Shown here: in pieces, positions 24,080-37,569 of the stretch
Position numbering within the stretch: position 1 is the stretch's first letter
Layout of the letters: each line of letters begins with the position of its first letter
DNA from: Raja brachyura
Taxonomy: Eukaryota
Length of the DNA stretch: 64,000 nucleotides
NCBI GenBank assembly: GCA_963514005.1
Contig: OY740797.1
Coordinates: 20,274,001-20,338,000 of the forward strand
Reading direction: 5' to 3'
Program-made: the position numbers and the translations under genes
Notes under the pieces: generated by a model
What the model saw: only the letters and a program-made list of their open reading frames with translations
Told to the model about the DNA's origin: nothing
The model's database searches: none

Positions 24080-25215
24080 CAAAGAATTTCAAAAGGTTCA
24101 TCAGGCAAGATCTCCCTTTCGTAAAACCATGCTCACTTCATCCTATTTTATTGTGCGCTTCTAAGTACTCAGAAACCTCATCCTTTATATTGGACTCCAA
24201 AATCTTACCATACACTGAAGTCAGGCTAACCGGCCTATAGTTTCCACTCTTCTTTGTTCACTTCTTGGGCAGTGGAGTAATATTCACAATTTTCCAATCA
24301 TCTGGAACCAGGGGCGGAAACCCTGGGGGGGGCAAAGGGGACACGTCCCCTCCATGTTTTGAGAGGTGGGGGACATCCCCCCCCAAGTTTTTGTGATCCG
24401 CATTTTAAAGTCTCCGCTTTTCGAGAAACACTGGAGGTGGGACTGCTGATCGAGGGCGCCGATTGGACAAGAGAGACGTCGTTCAGCAGGCAATGGGGGG
24501 TGGGACATGATGTGGGTGAGTGTGCGCATGCGCATGAGTGGGTGAGTGCGTGCATGCCAAAAAATGGTGTACCCCGTCCCCTCCATGTTTTTATAGCGAG
24601 TTCCGCTCTTGTCTGGAGCCACTCCTGACTAGAGTGATGCTTGAATGATCACTACTAATGCCCACATGTTTTAAAGCCATCTTGTTCAGAACCCTGAGGT
24701 GCTGTCCAGGTGACCTATCAATCTTCAGACCTTTCAGCTTCCCAAGCACCTTCTCCTTAGTAATAGCCATTCCACTAACTTCCGCCCTCTTGAATTGACT
24801 CTCTTGAATTTCCAGCATTCCGCCGTGAAGACTGGTGCAAAACAAACGTATTCAATTCGTCAGCCATTGCTTTATTCCTCATTATCACTTCTCCAGCATA
24901 ATTTTCCAGAGGTCCAATATCCACTCTTGCCTCTTTGTTACACTTCATAGATCTGAATTAACGTTGACCGTTCTCTTTTATATTACTGGCTGACTTACTT
25001 TTATATTTCATCTTTTCCCCCCTTATTGTATTTTTAGTTACCTGCTGTTGTTTTTGAAAATGTTCCCAATCCTCTAGCTCCCACTAATCTTTGCAATGTT
25101 ATCTGCCTTCTCTTTTTTAGCTATCTGCTGTCTTTGACTTCCCTTGTCAGCCACAGCCGCCTCGTTCCCCCTTCAGAATCTTTCTTTCTCTTTGAAATGA
25201 AAAGGTCCTGTGTCT
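24080..25215 (-). mobile_element. Old CR1 ORF2 fragment
   Basis: LWLTREVKDS, KEKVLGKLKGLKIDRSPG and NYRPVSL remnants. Confidence 0.75.
24309..24611. mobile_element. hAT-like non-autonomous DNA transposon (MITE) nested in CR1
   Basis: Imperfect TIR CAGGGGCGGAA / TTCCGCTCTTG; 8-bp TSD TCTGGAAC (24301-24308) / TCTGGAGC (24612-24619); repeated subterminal cgtcccctccatgtttt. Confidence 0.75.
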
Positions 25216-26282
25216 TCCGAATTGACTTGGTAAAATTGTAAATTGTCTCTAGTGTGTGCTGTATATTGTGCAGGGATTGCTGGTCGGCATGGACTTGAGG
25301 GGCGTTGTAAAACAAAAACAGATGAGCGTTAGCCGAGCAATTTAAAGAACTTAATCAATGAACTGATTGCCAATTAATGACAGCATCAGTTATACATTCC
25401 AAACAGATTGCCTGATGAGTGGTGTCCAACTGTGCCTCTTACTTTCAAGTTGTCGAAGATGTTTCAATTCTACATAGAACTCTGGCTGGAAAATAAGACC
25501 AAAAATGTACAGCTTGCACCGGGTGGCGCTGTAGTTCACTTTCTCGTGTAAACGGTTTATGTCTTCCAATTGAGTTTCCTAATACCAACAAAAAAAGAGA
25601 ACAAAAACCTAAACAATAAGTGTTAAAGAACATCTCCACAGAGCATTTAACTTGACATGTACTCTAACCTGATGCCAAATATATATATTTTTTAAACTGC
25701 TGGATTTACAAATCTGAAATAAAAGCACGGCATTCTGGAACTATTCATGAAAAGAATGAAAAGATGCCAGTCAAATATGTTAATTCTGTCTCTCTCTCCA
25801 CAGATCCCGCTGAATATGCCTAGCACATTATATTTTGGCTCCTGGTGCCAGCCTTCCAGAACACAGATTTTGAGGATGAAGGTTCTCCCAGGATGTGATG
25901 GTTGTAAGGCTTTTCCCTAGTCTTCAACATACAGTGGATTTGATTAGGTAATTCAAATTCTTGCCAATGGGAGCACCACAACATGTTAATGGAATAGTTG
26001 GACATTGTACTTTCAATGTAGCAAGTGCTACTTTCAGTCTTGGCCTGACACACTGATGCCTGAATTTTGGCCTAGTTGCTCCAGTGATATAGAAGAATGT
26101 TCATTGACACACAATGAAGCACAAACCTTTTTCAACTTCTTCCTCTTCTTCTTGCGTATGGCATGCCCAGCCTAAAGTTGTAGGACAACTTGTTCTATTT
26201 GATCTTATTTGATTGTGCACGCCAAGTCTTGTACAATCTCCCTCCTTTCTGCAAGGTTTGACAAGACGGGGGCATAACTTTC

Positions 26283-27298
26283 ATATAACCATATAACAAT
26301 TACAGCACGGAAACATGCCTTCTCGGCCCTTCCAGTCCATGCCGACCATTTATTTTCCCCTAGTCCCATCTACCTGCACTCAGACCATACCCCTCCATTC
26401 CCTTCCCGTCCATGTACCTATCCACTTTACTTTTAAATGTTAAAATCGATCCTGCCTCCACCACTTCTGCTGGAAGATCATTCCACACAGCCACCACTCT
26501 CTGAATAAAGAAGTTCCCCCTCATGTTACCCCTAAACTTCTGTCCCTTAATTCTCATGTCATGCCCTCTCATTTGAATCTTTCCTACCCTCAATGGGAAA
26601 AGCTTATCCACGTTAACTCTGTCTCTCCCTTTCATCATTTTAAAGACCTCAATCAAGTCCCCCCTTAACCTTCTGCGCTCCAAAGAATAAAGACCTAACT
26701 TGTTCAACCTTTCTCTGTAACTTAGTTGCTGGAACCCAGGCAGCATTCTAGTAAATCTCCTCTGTACTCTCTCTATTTTGATGACATCCTTCCTATAATT
26801 AGGCGACCAAAATTGTACACCATACTCCAGAATGAGTCTTACCAATGCCTTGTACAATTTTAACATTACTTCCCTACTCCTATATTCAATGCTCTGATTT
26901 ATAAAGGCCAGCACACCAAAAGCATTCTTTACCACCCTATCTACATGCGATTCCACCTTCAGGGAACTATGCACAGTTATTCCTGGATCCCTCTGTTCCA
27001 CAGCATTCCTCAATTCCCTACCATTTACCATGTATGTCCTATTTTGATTTGCCCTGCCAAGATGTAGCTCCTCACATTTATCAGCATTAAACTCTATCTG
27101 CCATCTTTCAGCCCACTCTTCCAAATGGCCCAAATCTCTCTGTAGACTTTGAAAATCTACTTCATTATCCACAGCACCCCCTATCTTAGTATCATCTGCA
27201 TACTTACTTACCCAATTTTCCACCCCATCATCCAGATCATTGATGTACATGACAAACAGTGGACCCAACCCAGATCCCTGAGGCACCCCACTCGTCAA
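26283..27298 (-). mobile_element. CR1 3' fragment (same family as 6100-8499), 312-aa open RT C-terminus
   Basis: SGVPQGS, KYADD; 3'UTR and (ATGGTTAT)n-like tail at about 26283-26297. Confidence 0.92.
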
Positions 27299-27387
27299 AT
27301 TCGGAGCAAGTTATAGGTGAGTAAATGCAGCTTGATAGCAGTGTGGCTGTCACCTTCCATCACTTTGCTGATGATTGATGATAGACT

Positions 27388-27665
27388 GGAATAAGGAGTA
27401 AGCCATTTAGAACGGAGACGAGGAAACACTTTTTCTCACAGAGAGTGGTGAGTCTGTGGAATTCTCTGCCTCAGAGGGCGGTGGAGGCAGGTTCACTGGA
27501 TGCTTTCAAGAGAGAGCTAGATAGGGCTCTTAAAGATAGTGGAGTCAGGGGATATGGGGAGAAGGTAGGAACGGGGTACTGATTGGGGATGATCAGCCAT
27601 GATCACATGAATGGCGGTGCTGCTCGAAGGGCCAAATGGCCTACTCCTGCACCTATTGTCTATTG
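27388..27665 (+). mobile_element. CR1 3' end
   Basis: FFSQRVVSLWNSLPQ; CR1 3'UTR; ctattgtctattg tail. Confidence 0.85.
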
Positions 27666-27780
27666 ACTGATGAGGTGGTAATTAACGGGATTGTAGTTAT
27701 CATGCTTTTTAGTTGTTGCAGGGAGACCTGATTGAAGTTTATAAAATTATGCGAGGCAAAGGTAGATAGTCAGAACCTTT

Positions 27781-28416
27781 GATAGCAAAAGGATTTGATT
27801 TGAGTATAGGAGCAGGGAGGTTCTACTGCAGTTGTACAGGGTTTTGGTGAGACCACACCTGGAGTATTGCGTACAGTTTTGGTCTCCAAATCTGAGGAAA
27901 GACATTCTTGCCACAGAAGGGGTACAGAGAAGGTTCACCAGACTGATTCCTGGGATGTGAGGACTTTCATATGAGGAAAGACTGGATAGACTCGGCTTGT
28001 ATTCACTAGAATTTAGAAGATTAAGGGGGGATCTTATAGGAACTTACAAAATTCTTAAGGGGCTGCACAGTCTAGATGCAGGAAGATTGTTCCCGATGTT
28101 GGGGAGGTCCAGAACAAGGGGTCACAGTTTAAGGATAAGGGGGAATTCCTTTAGGACTAAGATGAGGAAAACATTTTTCACACAGAGAGTGGTAAGTCTC
28201 TGGAATTCTCTGCCACAGAAGGTAGTTGAGGCCAGTTCATTGGCTATATTTAAGAGGGTTAGATGTGGCCCTTTTGGCTAAAGGGATCAGGGGTATGGAG
28301 AGAAGGCAGGTACAGGATACTGAGTTGAATGATCAGCCATGATCACATTGAATGGCGGTGCAGGCTCGAAGGACCGAATGGCCTACTCCTGCATCTATTT
28401 TCTATGTTTCTATGTT
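27781..28416 (+). mobile_element. CR1 3' fragment nested in an older CR1 remnant (about 27720-28815)
   Basis: Near-identical to 17910-18542; (TTCTATG)n tail. Confidence 0.88.
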
Positions 28417-28820
28417 TTCTCCCATGATGGAAATATCAAATGCTAGAGGGCACCGCTTTAAGGTGAGAGGGTCAAGGTTTAAGGTAGACCCACAGGCGAG
28501 TTTTTTATTCAGAGGGGGTTGAGTGCCTGGAACATGCTGCTTGTGGTGGGGTGGTAGATTGCAACCTTCACGTGGTCCACCCTGTTTCGACGAATGCAAT
28601 CAACCTGGCGTGCACAAACAGAAGATCAAACAGAACAAGTTGTCTTACAACTTTAGGCTGTGCATGGAATACGCAAGAAGAAGTGGCAGCTCGGGGTGGT
28701 GGTGGTGGAGGCAGATGTGATGGATATGTAGGGAATGGAATAATATGAATTATGTGCAGGCAGCTAAGAATTGATCTTGGCATCATGTTTTGTAGAAGGG
28801 CCTGTTCATGTACTGTACTA

Positions 28821-29764
28821 CAATGCCGTCCATAATGTGTGAGACAAAGACCCATCTTTTATTTATTGCCTCTGTACTCCACAATTTGAGATTTGTAATA
28901 GAAAACAAAATCACATGTGGTTGAAGTGCACAGTCAGATTTTAATAAAGGCAATTTTTATACATTTTGGTTTCACCATGTAGAAATTACAGCTGTGTTTA
29001 TACCAGGCACGTGCCATCAGGGTCGGCAAGGTAGGCACTGCCTACCCGGAATAAAATTATAAAAAGATAATTATTAAATATAAATAGTTAAGATTTCCAA
29101 TTCATTTACTAAATTCAATATCTATTATTAAATGGTTATTATTTTAATAATCGATCTTAGGTAGGCATAATTCTCCCGTGCCTTTCATCCGCAGTACACG
29201 TAATACGCATAAATATGTTCAACTCGCATGCCGTGGACGCTGCTTCAACACTTCACTGACAATGGGCAATAAGGCAGCTGAAATTCTGCCTTTGCACCGT
29301 GGACTGCGCGCAAGGTGCTACACATGCCCACAGGAGAGGAGACCAATCTGCACATGCGCAGTTTTAAAGATTTTTTTAAATGCGACTGATTGTCTGTAGG
29401 ACAGATTTGCGCATGCGCGCTTTTTACGATTTTTTTGCGCATGTGCGGTTGTCATGATTTTTTGCGGATGCGCGGATTTTTAAGGCTTTTTAAAAGCCGA
29501 CTGACTGCCTAGTGCCTACTTCCATTTACATGACATTGCTGTGTCCCAAACATTATGGTGCACTGAAATGGGGGGACAATGTATAAACACTGCTGTAATT
29601 TCTACATGGTGAAACCAAAATGTATACAAATGGCCTTTATTAAAATCTGACAATGTACACTTTAAGCACATGTGATTTTGTTCTATTATAAATCTCAAAT
29701 TGTGGAGTACAGAGGCAAATAAATAAATGATGGGCCTTGGTCCCAAACATTATGGAGGGCACTG
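28821..29764. mobile_element. Tc1/mariner-type non-autonomous element with long IR/DR termini
   Basis: About 180-bp inverted arms (28821-29003 vs 29581-29764); TA on both flanks; inner direct repeat tcccaaacattatgg at about 29544 and about 29741. Confidence 0.85.
29004..29519 (+). mobile_element. hAT non-autonomous element (relative of 62295-63745), internally deleted and 3'-truncated, nested in the Tc1 element
   Basis: Begins CAGGCACGTGCCATCAGGGTCGGCAAGGTAGGCACTG and is colinear with both ends of the 62295 copy. Confidence 0.82.
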
Positions 29765-30694
29765 TATATTCTATGTTTTATAACATACCTGAACAACATT
29801 CCAGGTACATTCTTGTAACTGGTACTGCTTGGCCACAATGGCGGCTGAGTCTGGAGAGCAATCTTTCAGCATTACGGCTAGGGTGTTGCCTGGTCCATAC
29901 TATTTACTTTATGGAGTATTATTCTCAGCCATTCTGGAATTCTATGGTTAGTGCGAATCATATTGGTTGAAGATGACCTCCAGTAAAGGCAAAGACCTCA
30001 GCAAGAAGCCAAACTAAAGTTACTCAACTTCAGCTGTCGATAAGAATAGCTTGGCTGATAACGCCTTTCTATCCACATCCTACACCGAGATGGCTACACT
30101 CATGTCACGACCTAAGCGTCCGGTAGAATTTCCACATCAATGATTCATGCTAAGTGGCCACACATTTGCAATTGTGCGAAAGAACATTTAAAGTTAACAT
30201 TGCGGTGCTAAATACGTGCTGCTATACAATCCAATTTCACGGTAACAGGTTACCTAAAAGTCACAGGCAGCAATCAGCCGCTACATGTGCACATTAGCAC
30301 AAGTGGCCGAGAATGTATCTCCGAAAGAAAAAGATTTAAATAGAAAAGATAAGGGAAATGCCAAAATCATAAACCAAGCGGCATATACAAAGCAAAGGGA
30401 AGAAGGGAAGATAGACACAAAATGCTTGAACAACTCTGCAGGTCAGGTAGCACCTCTGGAGAAAAGGAATATTGGACATTGCAGGTCGAGACCTTTCTTC
30501 AGACATCTCAACCCAAAACGGGGGGGGGGGGGGGGAGGCTGGTTGAAGATAATGCCACAGATCTTACATAGTGAAACTTCAAACGTCCACTATACGCTTG
30601 CTCAGAAATTCCGATGGTTCAGCATCAGCTCACCTGCTTCTGTTACCTTTTGTTCCCTTTGAACTCAACGGGACCTTATTTTCATATCCCTTTT

Positions 30695-32110
30695 AAGTAA
30701 GTAAGTAAGTTTATTGGCCAAGTATTCACATACAAGGAATTTGCCTTCCAGAGGGAAGTGATTCAGTGATCCACCCACAAGTAACAACATGACATACAGT
30801 GACAGCGACTCAGAAAACACTAAACATTAATAATAATAAAACATAAATGATAAAACACCATTGATCAAGTATGTGAACCAACAAAATACCAGATCAAAGA
30901 GAGGCTACAGATTTCTGGCTGTTGAGTAGAGCAACTACTCGTGGATAAAAACAGGTTTTATGCCTGGCTGTGGCAGCTTTGACAGTCCAGAGTTGCCTTC
31001 CAGAGGGAAGTGATTCAAAGAGTTTGTGGCCAGGGTTGGAGGGGTCAGAGGTTCCATCTTCCCATGGAACTGTCAATTCCACAACGTATGCCAACCTGAC
31101 TGTTGGCATACCAACGCAGCCTTGCGGTGCTCCTATGCTGAGTGTTTACGGGTCCGAGATGTGCTTTCCCAGCCTCACGCTGCTTCCTGTCTGTCAGGAA
31201 GTTGGTGATCCACTGACAAATGGGTTCAGGCACAGTCAACTCAGAAAGTTTGGAGTGTAGTAGCTCTGGCACAATGGTGTTGAATGCAGAGCTAAAATCA
31301 ACAAACAGGATCCTCGCATAGGTCCCCATAGGTCTAGGTGCTGTTGGATGAAGTGCAGGCGCAGGTTGACTGCATAATCCACAGATCTATTGGCCCGATA
31401 TGCAAACTGCAGAGGGTCCAGCAGAGAGTTTGTGATATTTTTCAGCTTGGCCAGCACAAGCCTTTCAAGTGTCTTCATGACTACAGAGGTCAGTGCAACA
31501 GGCCTGTAGTCATTAAAACAAGTAATCCTTGCCTTTTTGTGTACAGGGACAATAGTGGAGACTTTGAAGCCGGCTGGGACAGTACATGTTTGCAAGGACT
31601 GGTTAAAAATGTCTGTATTGACCGGTGCCAGTTGTTTGGCACAGAGCTTAAGAGTAGAGGGGGGAAATTGTCAGGTCCTGGAGATTTCCGGCTCTTTTGG
31701 AAAAGTGGGCTGAAATATGGCAGATGGAGTTTAATGCTGATAAGTGTGAAGTGCTACATCTTGGCAGAACAAATCAAAATAGGACGTACATGGTAAATGG
31801 TAGGGAATTGAGGAATGCTGTGGAACAGAGGGATCTAGGAATAACTGTGCATAGTTCCCTGAAGGTGGAATCGCATGTAGATATGGTGGTAAAGAAAGCT
31901 TTTGGTGTGCTGGCCTTTATAAATCAGAGCATTGAATATAGGAGTAGGGAAGTAATGCTAAAATTGTACAAAGCATTGGTAAGACCAACTCTGGAGTATG
32001 GTGGAATGCAACTCGCAAAAGCTGACATATGATGATACAGTGTCCGTATACTCATCGAGGCTTGTTGTTGCTTCCCTGAACACACTCCAATACGTGCCGT
32101 CAAAGTGTTC
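30695..32110 (-). mobile_element. Rearranged Rex1 copy (same family as 20791) with internal deletions, an embedded plus-strand CR1 piece (about 31697-32005) and templated inserts
   Basis: (TTAC)n tail at 30695-30710; [23 protein letters not shown]; CR1 WQMEFNADKCEV on the plus strand. Confidence 0.85.
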
Positions 32111-32339
32111 AATTAAAAACATTATTATACTACCCTTTAAAATCCAAAGAAACATCCGTTAATGTAAGTTTTAAAACATTTATTAAAAACGTAAATGCAT
32201 TTAATATTAATTAAATTAATATTATTAAGAGTAATATAAATATGAAGTACATTACTAAGAGTAGAGCTAATAGGACTTGATGTTTCAATCCCGGTATTTT
32301 GTTGGCACTCTTGATATTATCAGTGGGATTGGAGTAGTG

Positions 32340-34740
32340 AAAGCTAGGTTTGGTATGTCATCGGGGTCTTCAGGTGGGCACCCTCCTTCGTTGATAAGCC
32401 CACAACATCTCCAGAGGGCTCAATGGTGAGACCTGGAGTTCAGGTACACCCGCCTCAGTTCCATACCCTCCTGTCTTCATTTTGCAGCCCAGTTGTTGTC
32501 TTTCCTTTTAATCCATAGCTAATTTCTGCTTTTTTTTCTGATGAATTTGATAATAACTTGATTGCTTGTTGGAGGGAGCGACCCCTCACCCCCATTTTCT
32601 TCAATAGACTGGTCATAGATGCAGCAACGAATCCCCTGCATCCCACTTCTACAGGGAAAATCTTTGTTTTACAGCCAGTCTGGGCAGCTTCAGTTGCCAA
32701 TTCAGAGTATTTTGTCTTTTTTCCTCTCATAAGCTTCTTCAACACCATCTTCCCATGGAACTGTCAATTCCACAACGTATGCCAACTTGACTGTTGTGGA
32801 CCACAGGACCATGTCTGGCCGGAGCGTTGTAGCCACAATGTCTGGGGGAGACACAAGCTTTTTTTCCAAGTCTGTGTACATTTTCCAATCCTGAGCAGGC
32901 TGCAGAATGTTTGCATCTTTTGATGTTATCTGGTGCTCTGGAAATAGGCCTGCTGGTACAATGTTGTGAAGTGGACATTTCCTTCCGATGTTTGTGGGGA
33001 AACATTTGTGGTCATTTGCACCTGTTCAAGGATTGATGCCAGCTGTCTGAGAACTTGGTTGTGCCGCCAAGTGTAACGCCTTTGGGCGAGGCTCGTAGTG
33101 CATCCTGTTAAAATGTGCCTCAGGAGGTACGTGGAAAAAGGAGCAAACGGGGTCTTCGCTGAACCACTGCTTCAGGTTCTGGGGTGAGGGTAGGATGTCA
33201 TAAGTGGCTCTGATGACAAAACTTAGCCGAGATCCCTCCATCTGCCAGATGTCACGCCAGCTGAGTTTCTTCTTTTCCAAGCTCTCCCAGCTACTCCTGC
33301 TTGGCCATTGAGACGGCCTTGGCGTGTCGCTCTGTCTCCTCCTGTCTTCTCACCTCCTCCACCATGAGCCGTCTCTTCCGCACTAATGTTGCCTTGTGCC
33401 ATTGAGGAGCTTTTGGGATGAGCCCGAGCCCAGCTCTCCCGTGTTGGACTTGGCCAACCACATCCCTGAAATAAAATGCAGACTTAGCACTCTGAACGGC
33501 TTAAGATAGGGTCCACTTCCTCCCCATTGCCACGTGGGGGGCCGCTGTTCAAATAACAGTATCTTCAGATTCAGTGAGGTTCTTGACCAACCTTGGTTTA
33601 GTGCATTTAATCTCTTCCAGAAGACCTGCAATGCGTAATTCCAATTTGCCACTCCCGTACAGTCCGACAGGACTTAAGCATCGTGGAAGTCCAAGCCACT
33701 GCTTCACATGTGTGCTGATAATTCTTTCCAGCTTTTCCACTTTGTTGATGGGGATTTCATACGCAGTTAAAGGCCACATGAATCTTGGTAGTATGCCGAA
33801 CTGGAAGCACCACAGCTTGAGTTTTCCTGGTAGCAAGGTCTTGTTGATGCCATCTATGTGCATGATGGTATTCTTTTTTAGTTGTTCAAACTGCTCGGTG
33901 TCCTTGAGCTTTGCATCATACCATCGGCCCAAGCTCTTCACTGGCATTTCTGAAACAGTTGTAACAGGTATTCTGTCAATATGAAAGCTTTGATCCTTGA
34001 CTTGACCTTTGACAATGGAGATGCTTCTGCATTTGCTGGGTTTGAGCTTCATCCTTCCCCATGTGATGTTTTGATGACGTTTTTCCAGAAGTCTCTTGGT
34101 GCAGGGGACAGTTGTCATCAGTGTTGTTATATCATCCATATAGGCTCGTATGGATGGTAACCGCTGACCACACTGTCACCTTTTTCCTCCCACAACCCAT
34201 TTTGATGCTCTGATAATGAGCTCCATTGCCGTAGTGAAGGTCAATGGGGAGATGGTGCACCCCGCCATGATGCCTACTTCCAGTGGTTGCCACGGTAAAG
34301 TCTGATGTTGTGAGACAAAATTGCAGATCCTGGAAGTAGTTTTTTTTAACCAGATTTGTTATTGTTGCAGGCACCTGAAAGAATTCAAAAGCAGTCCACA
34401 GTAGCGAATGAAGAACTGATCCATAGGCATTGGCCAGGTCGAGGAACACAACATGCAGATTATTTTGTTCTTTCTTAGCTTTCTGGATTTGATGCCACAT
34501 GATGCTGGTATGTTCAAGGCATCCCGAGAAGCCTGCTATGCCAGCCTTTTGGATTGACGTATCAATGAAATAGTTTTGTTTCAGATACTTTGAGTTTTTT
34601 CGCCAACACACTGAAAAAGATCTTGCCTTCTATGTTAAGAAGGTTTATTTGCCGAAACTGTTCGATGGTGGACAAATTAATTTATTTTGGGATCAGCACT
34701 CCCCCCGCTCTTCGCCAGAGGAACCATCTGAAAAATCTGC
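32340..34740 (-). mobile_element. RLE-endonuclease non-LTR retrotransposon, Hero-like (R2 group), decayed
   Basis: RT VVFLDLANAYGSV, YMDDIT; C-terminal ELTVPWE...KYSELA...IFPVEVGCRGFVA restriction-like endonuclease motifs. Confidence 0.8.
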
Positions 34741-37569
34741 CAGGTCCAGCACTACCACATTCACAAATATATTGGATTAATAGAGTTTTACTGTTCATGC
34801 AAACTTTTAAATTAATAAAATAGCAAATAAAAGAATTGGTGTAGAATTAAAGCCTTCTGAATTAAGTGCATGTTGCAAAATTGCCTAAGCAATAGCCAGC
34901 ATTAGATCAGTTGCTTTTCTACAATAGGATCCATCAGGACTTAGTGTTAGAATCACTATACATCTTAATATGTATCAATCTTCTGGATTGGTAATAAAGT
35001 CAAAACATAAAACCAAACTGTAGTTTACAAGGTGCAGGATTGTAATAAACCTATAGTTAGAGATGGCCTGGTGAAGTAAAGAGACATATGGAAAATGAAA
35101 TGTTACACAAATAAGTGAGCAGTGATCAATATTGATAGGATACCTGCAGAGAAATAAAATTAAATAAATGGTAACCCTTTAAAAGTGTGGTGGAGTTAGA
35201 GAATGGAAGGGATGTGGGAACACAAATCTATGAGAGCTGGAGGACAGATAAAACACTTTGCTCACTGAATTATAATTAGAGTCCAGAGTAAAACGCTAAA
35301 TCTTTATAAAGTATCTGTTAGTTACATTTAGAATCCCACGGTCGGTTCTGTGAGTTATAGTTTCAAGTCCTAGCTGTGTAGAATTAAAGGGTGAGGATTT
35401 CATGAAGTTTAATCAATCAATGAGAGAGTCAAGATTCTGTTTAAGCCAAGCTGTTTTTAGACAGCACAGCTGTCAGCTGATTCAGTTTGCTGAAAAAATA
35501 AAAGCGTTGCTTGTTCCTTCAATACAAATTAAATGGAGTAGAAATATATTCACTAGTATATGAGAAATGTACCCTTCTTTCTCTTAACTTTTCAGGGGGA
35601 AAAGTATTTGATATGGAAGATGTAAATTGATGTAAAATGCACATTGTGGCATTTTAGTGCATACATAATGGAGCAGAAAATAGTGAGATTTGTAAGTAAG
35701 GTCAGAGCCTCATGTGGTGTCATTGACAAGTGCAATACATTCTCTGCAGTATACTTTGTACCATCTTCAAATATTAGAAGGAAAGCATGGAAATGACGGT
35801 GAAAAATCCAGGCCATTGCATGCACCTTTTAGAAAAGCAAATTAATTGCATATTAGAGCCATGCATGTATGTGCATATGGTTGACCTTAAGGTGCTTCAG
35901 AATTGTTGGGGTGTGGGGAGAGTGGCTTGCCTCCCCTCTACACCTTCATATGCAATATTAGCCAACAATCCTCCCTTCCACAACCCACTCCCATCGGACC
36001 ACCCAGTGCACGCACTGCTAGAAAAGGAAAATAGTTCCAAGACCACACCTGGGAGAGAGGGAAAGTGACAAGTATTAATTTAACTGTTGTAGCTCTGCAA
36101 ACTGCCACACTTTCACACCTCAAACAGCTCTCCAACAATAAAGGAACAAAGCCTAAAAAAAGAAGAAAAAATGCTGTGAAAACCCATCTGCTTGGTGAGT
36201 TTGCAGAATGTCTTAACATAATTATATAAAGTACAATCAACCAGTCTCTGCATTCCTTTGTTGCCTTCACTATGTTGCACTTCGAGGGGCACTCTTGCCT
36301 CTATAAATGAAACTAATTTCTCAGAAAGGTGACATTAACCGCACAGTGAACAAGGGCTGCTGCACAGAGACAAAGATAGAAAATGTAAAGTTTGCCTGTA
36401 TTGCATCACCTGCAGCCGTTAATTTTTTAGTCAATTATTTAATGTTAGCTAACAACTTATTAAAGTTTTAAAACTAAGCTCAACAATTTTAACTTCAGGA
36501 CATTATCAAGGGTTTGAAACTGAACCCTTCATACATTTCCAAGCCTCGCTGTCCACAGAGCTTTGAGAACATGGATATGCGCAGTGCACCAGTAAGGAAA
36601 CAGTTTCCACTTTGTACATAGTAGAAAAAGATGTAAGCAAAAAGCCAAACATAATAAGTACAGCCTTCCCGACACTATTTGAATTCTTGTTGTTTTCTCT
36701 AAGTTAGTTAAATATGAACTATTACTCAGCTATTTTGGCCAGGATTTAACATGGAATTTCTTGGATTTCTGCAAAGTAAATGTGCAGGTTCTAGGACTCA
36801 AACTGAAATTCACAGTCTCTCTGGCCAAACCTTTTTATTGATTTCTCGGCAGCACGCTCAGTTCCGTTCAATACAGTTCAGTGCAGTGCATAATTGAATG
36901 GTAGAGCAGGGCATGGCATAAATTCCACAGTACTTATGCCAGGGAATCTGCCCTTAGATCTAGGCCAAGTTAGACAATATGCTGGATCTCATTCAGTTGG
37001 AGAGTGACTGATAAAATGGAAAGAAAAAGTTGTTACATTCTAACTGTCATTGAACTCCTTTAATGTTTTTATTTTTTTAATGGTTTTTAAATAATCAAAT
37101 AATTGTTAAGCATTAAAACCTTTGGCAGATGGAATAGTTAGATGGAACCTTGCCACTTAGTAAAGCCTTACAGCAGTGTTTCTGTGACTTCCAATGTGAC
37201 CCAGATTCACTGCTCCAGACCCACAATATGCACATGTGCCCATCTCCAGGCTACAAGTTGGCCTCAGCTGTCCAGATCAGCCAAATGGTTCCAAATTGTT
37301 TAGTCATAGAGCCATGCAGTTCAGAAACCGACCCTGCAACCCATCAAATCTATGTTGACCATCAACCACACATTTACACCCACCCTAGACTCATCCCACT
37401 TCATTCTAGTCGCATATCCAATCACCCCACCCACATTCTAGCACCAACTTACACACTAGGTGCAATTAACTGGTGAAACCACACTTTTTTGGAATTCTGA
37501 GTAAACAGTAGTAGCTGTAGAAACCCACCTGGTTACACAAAGAACATGCAAACTCCACATAGACAGCAT

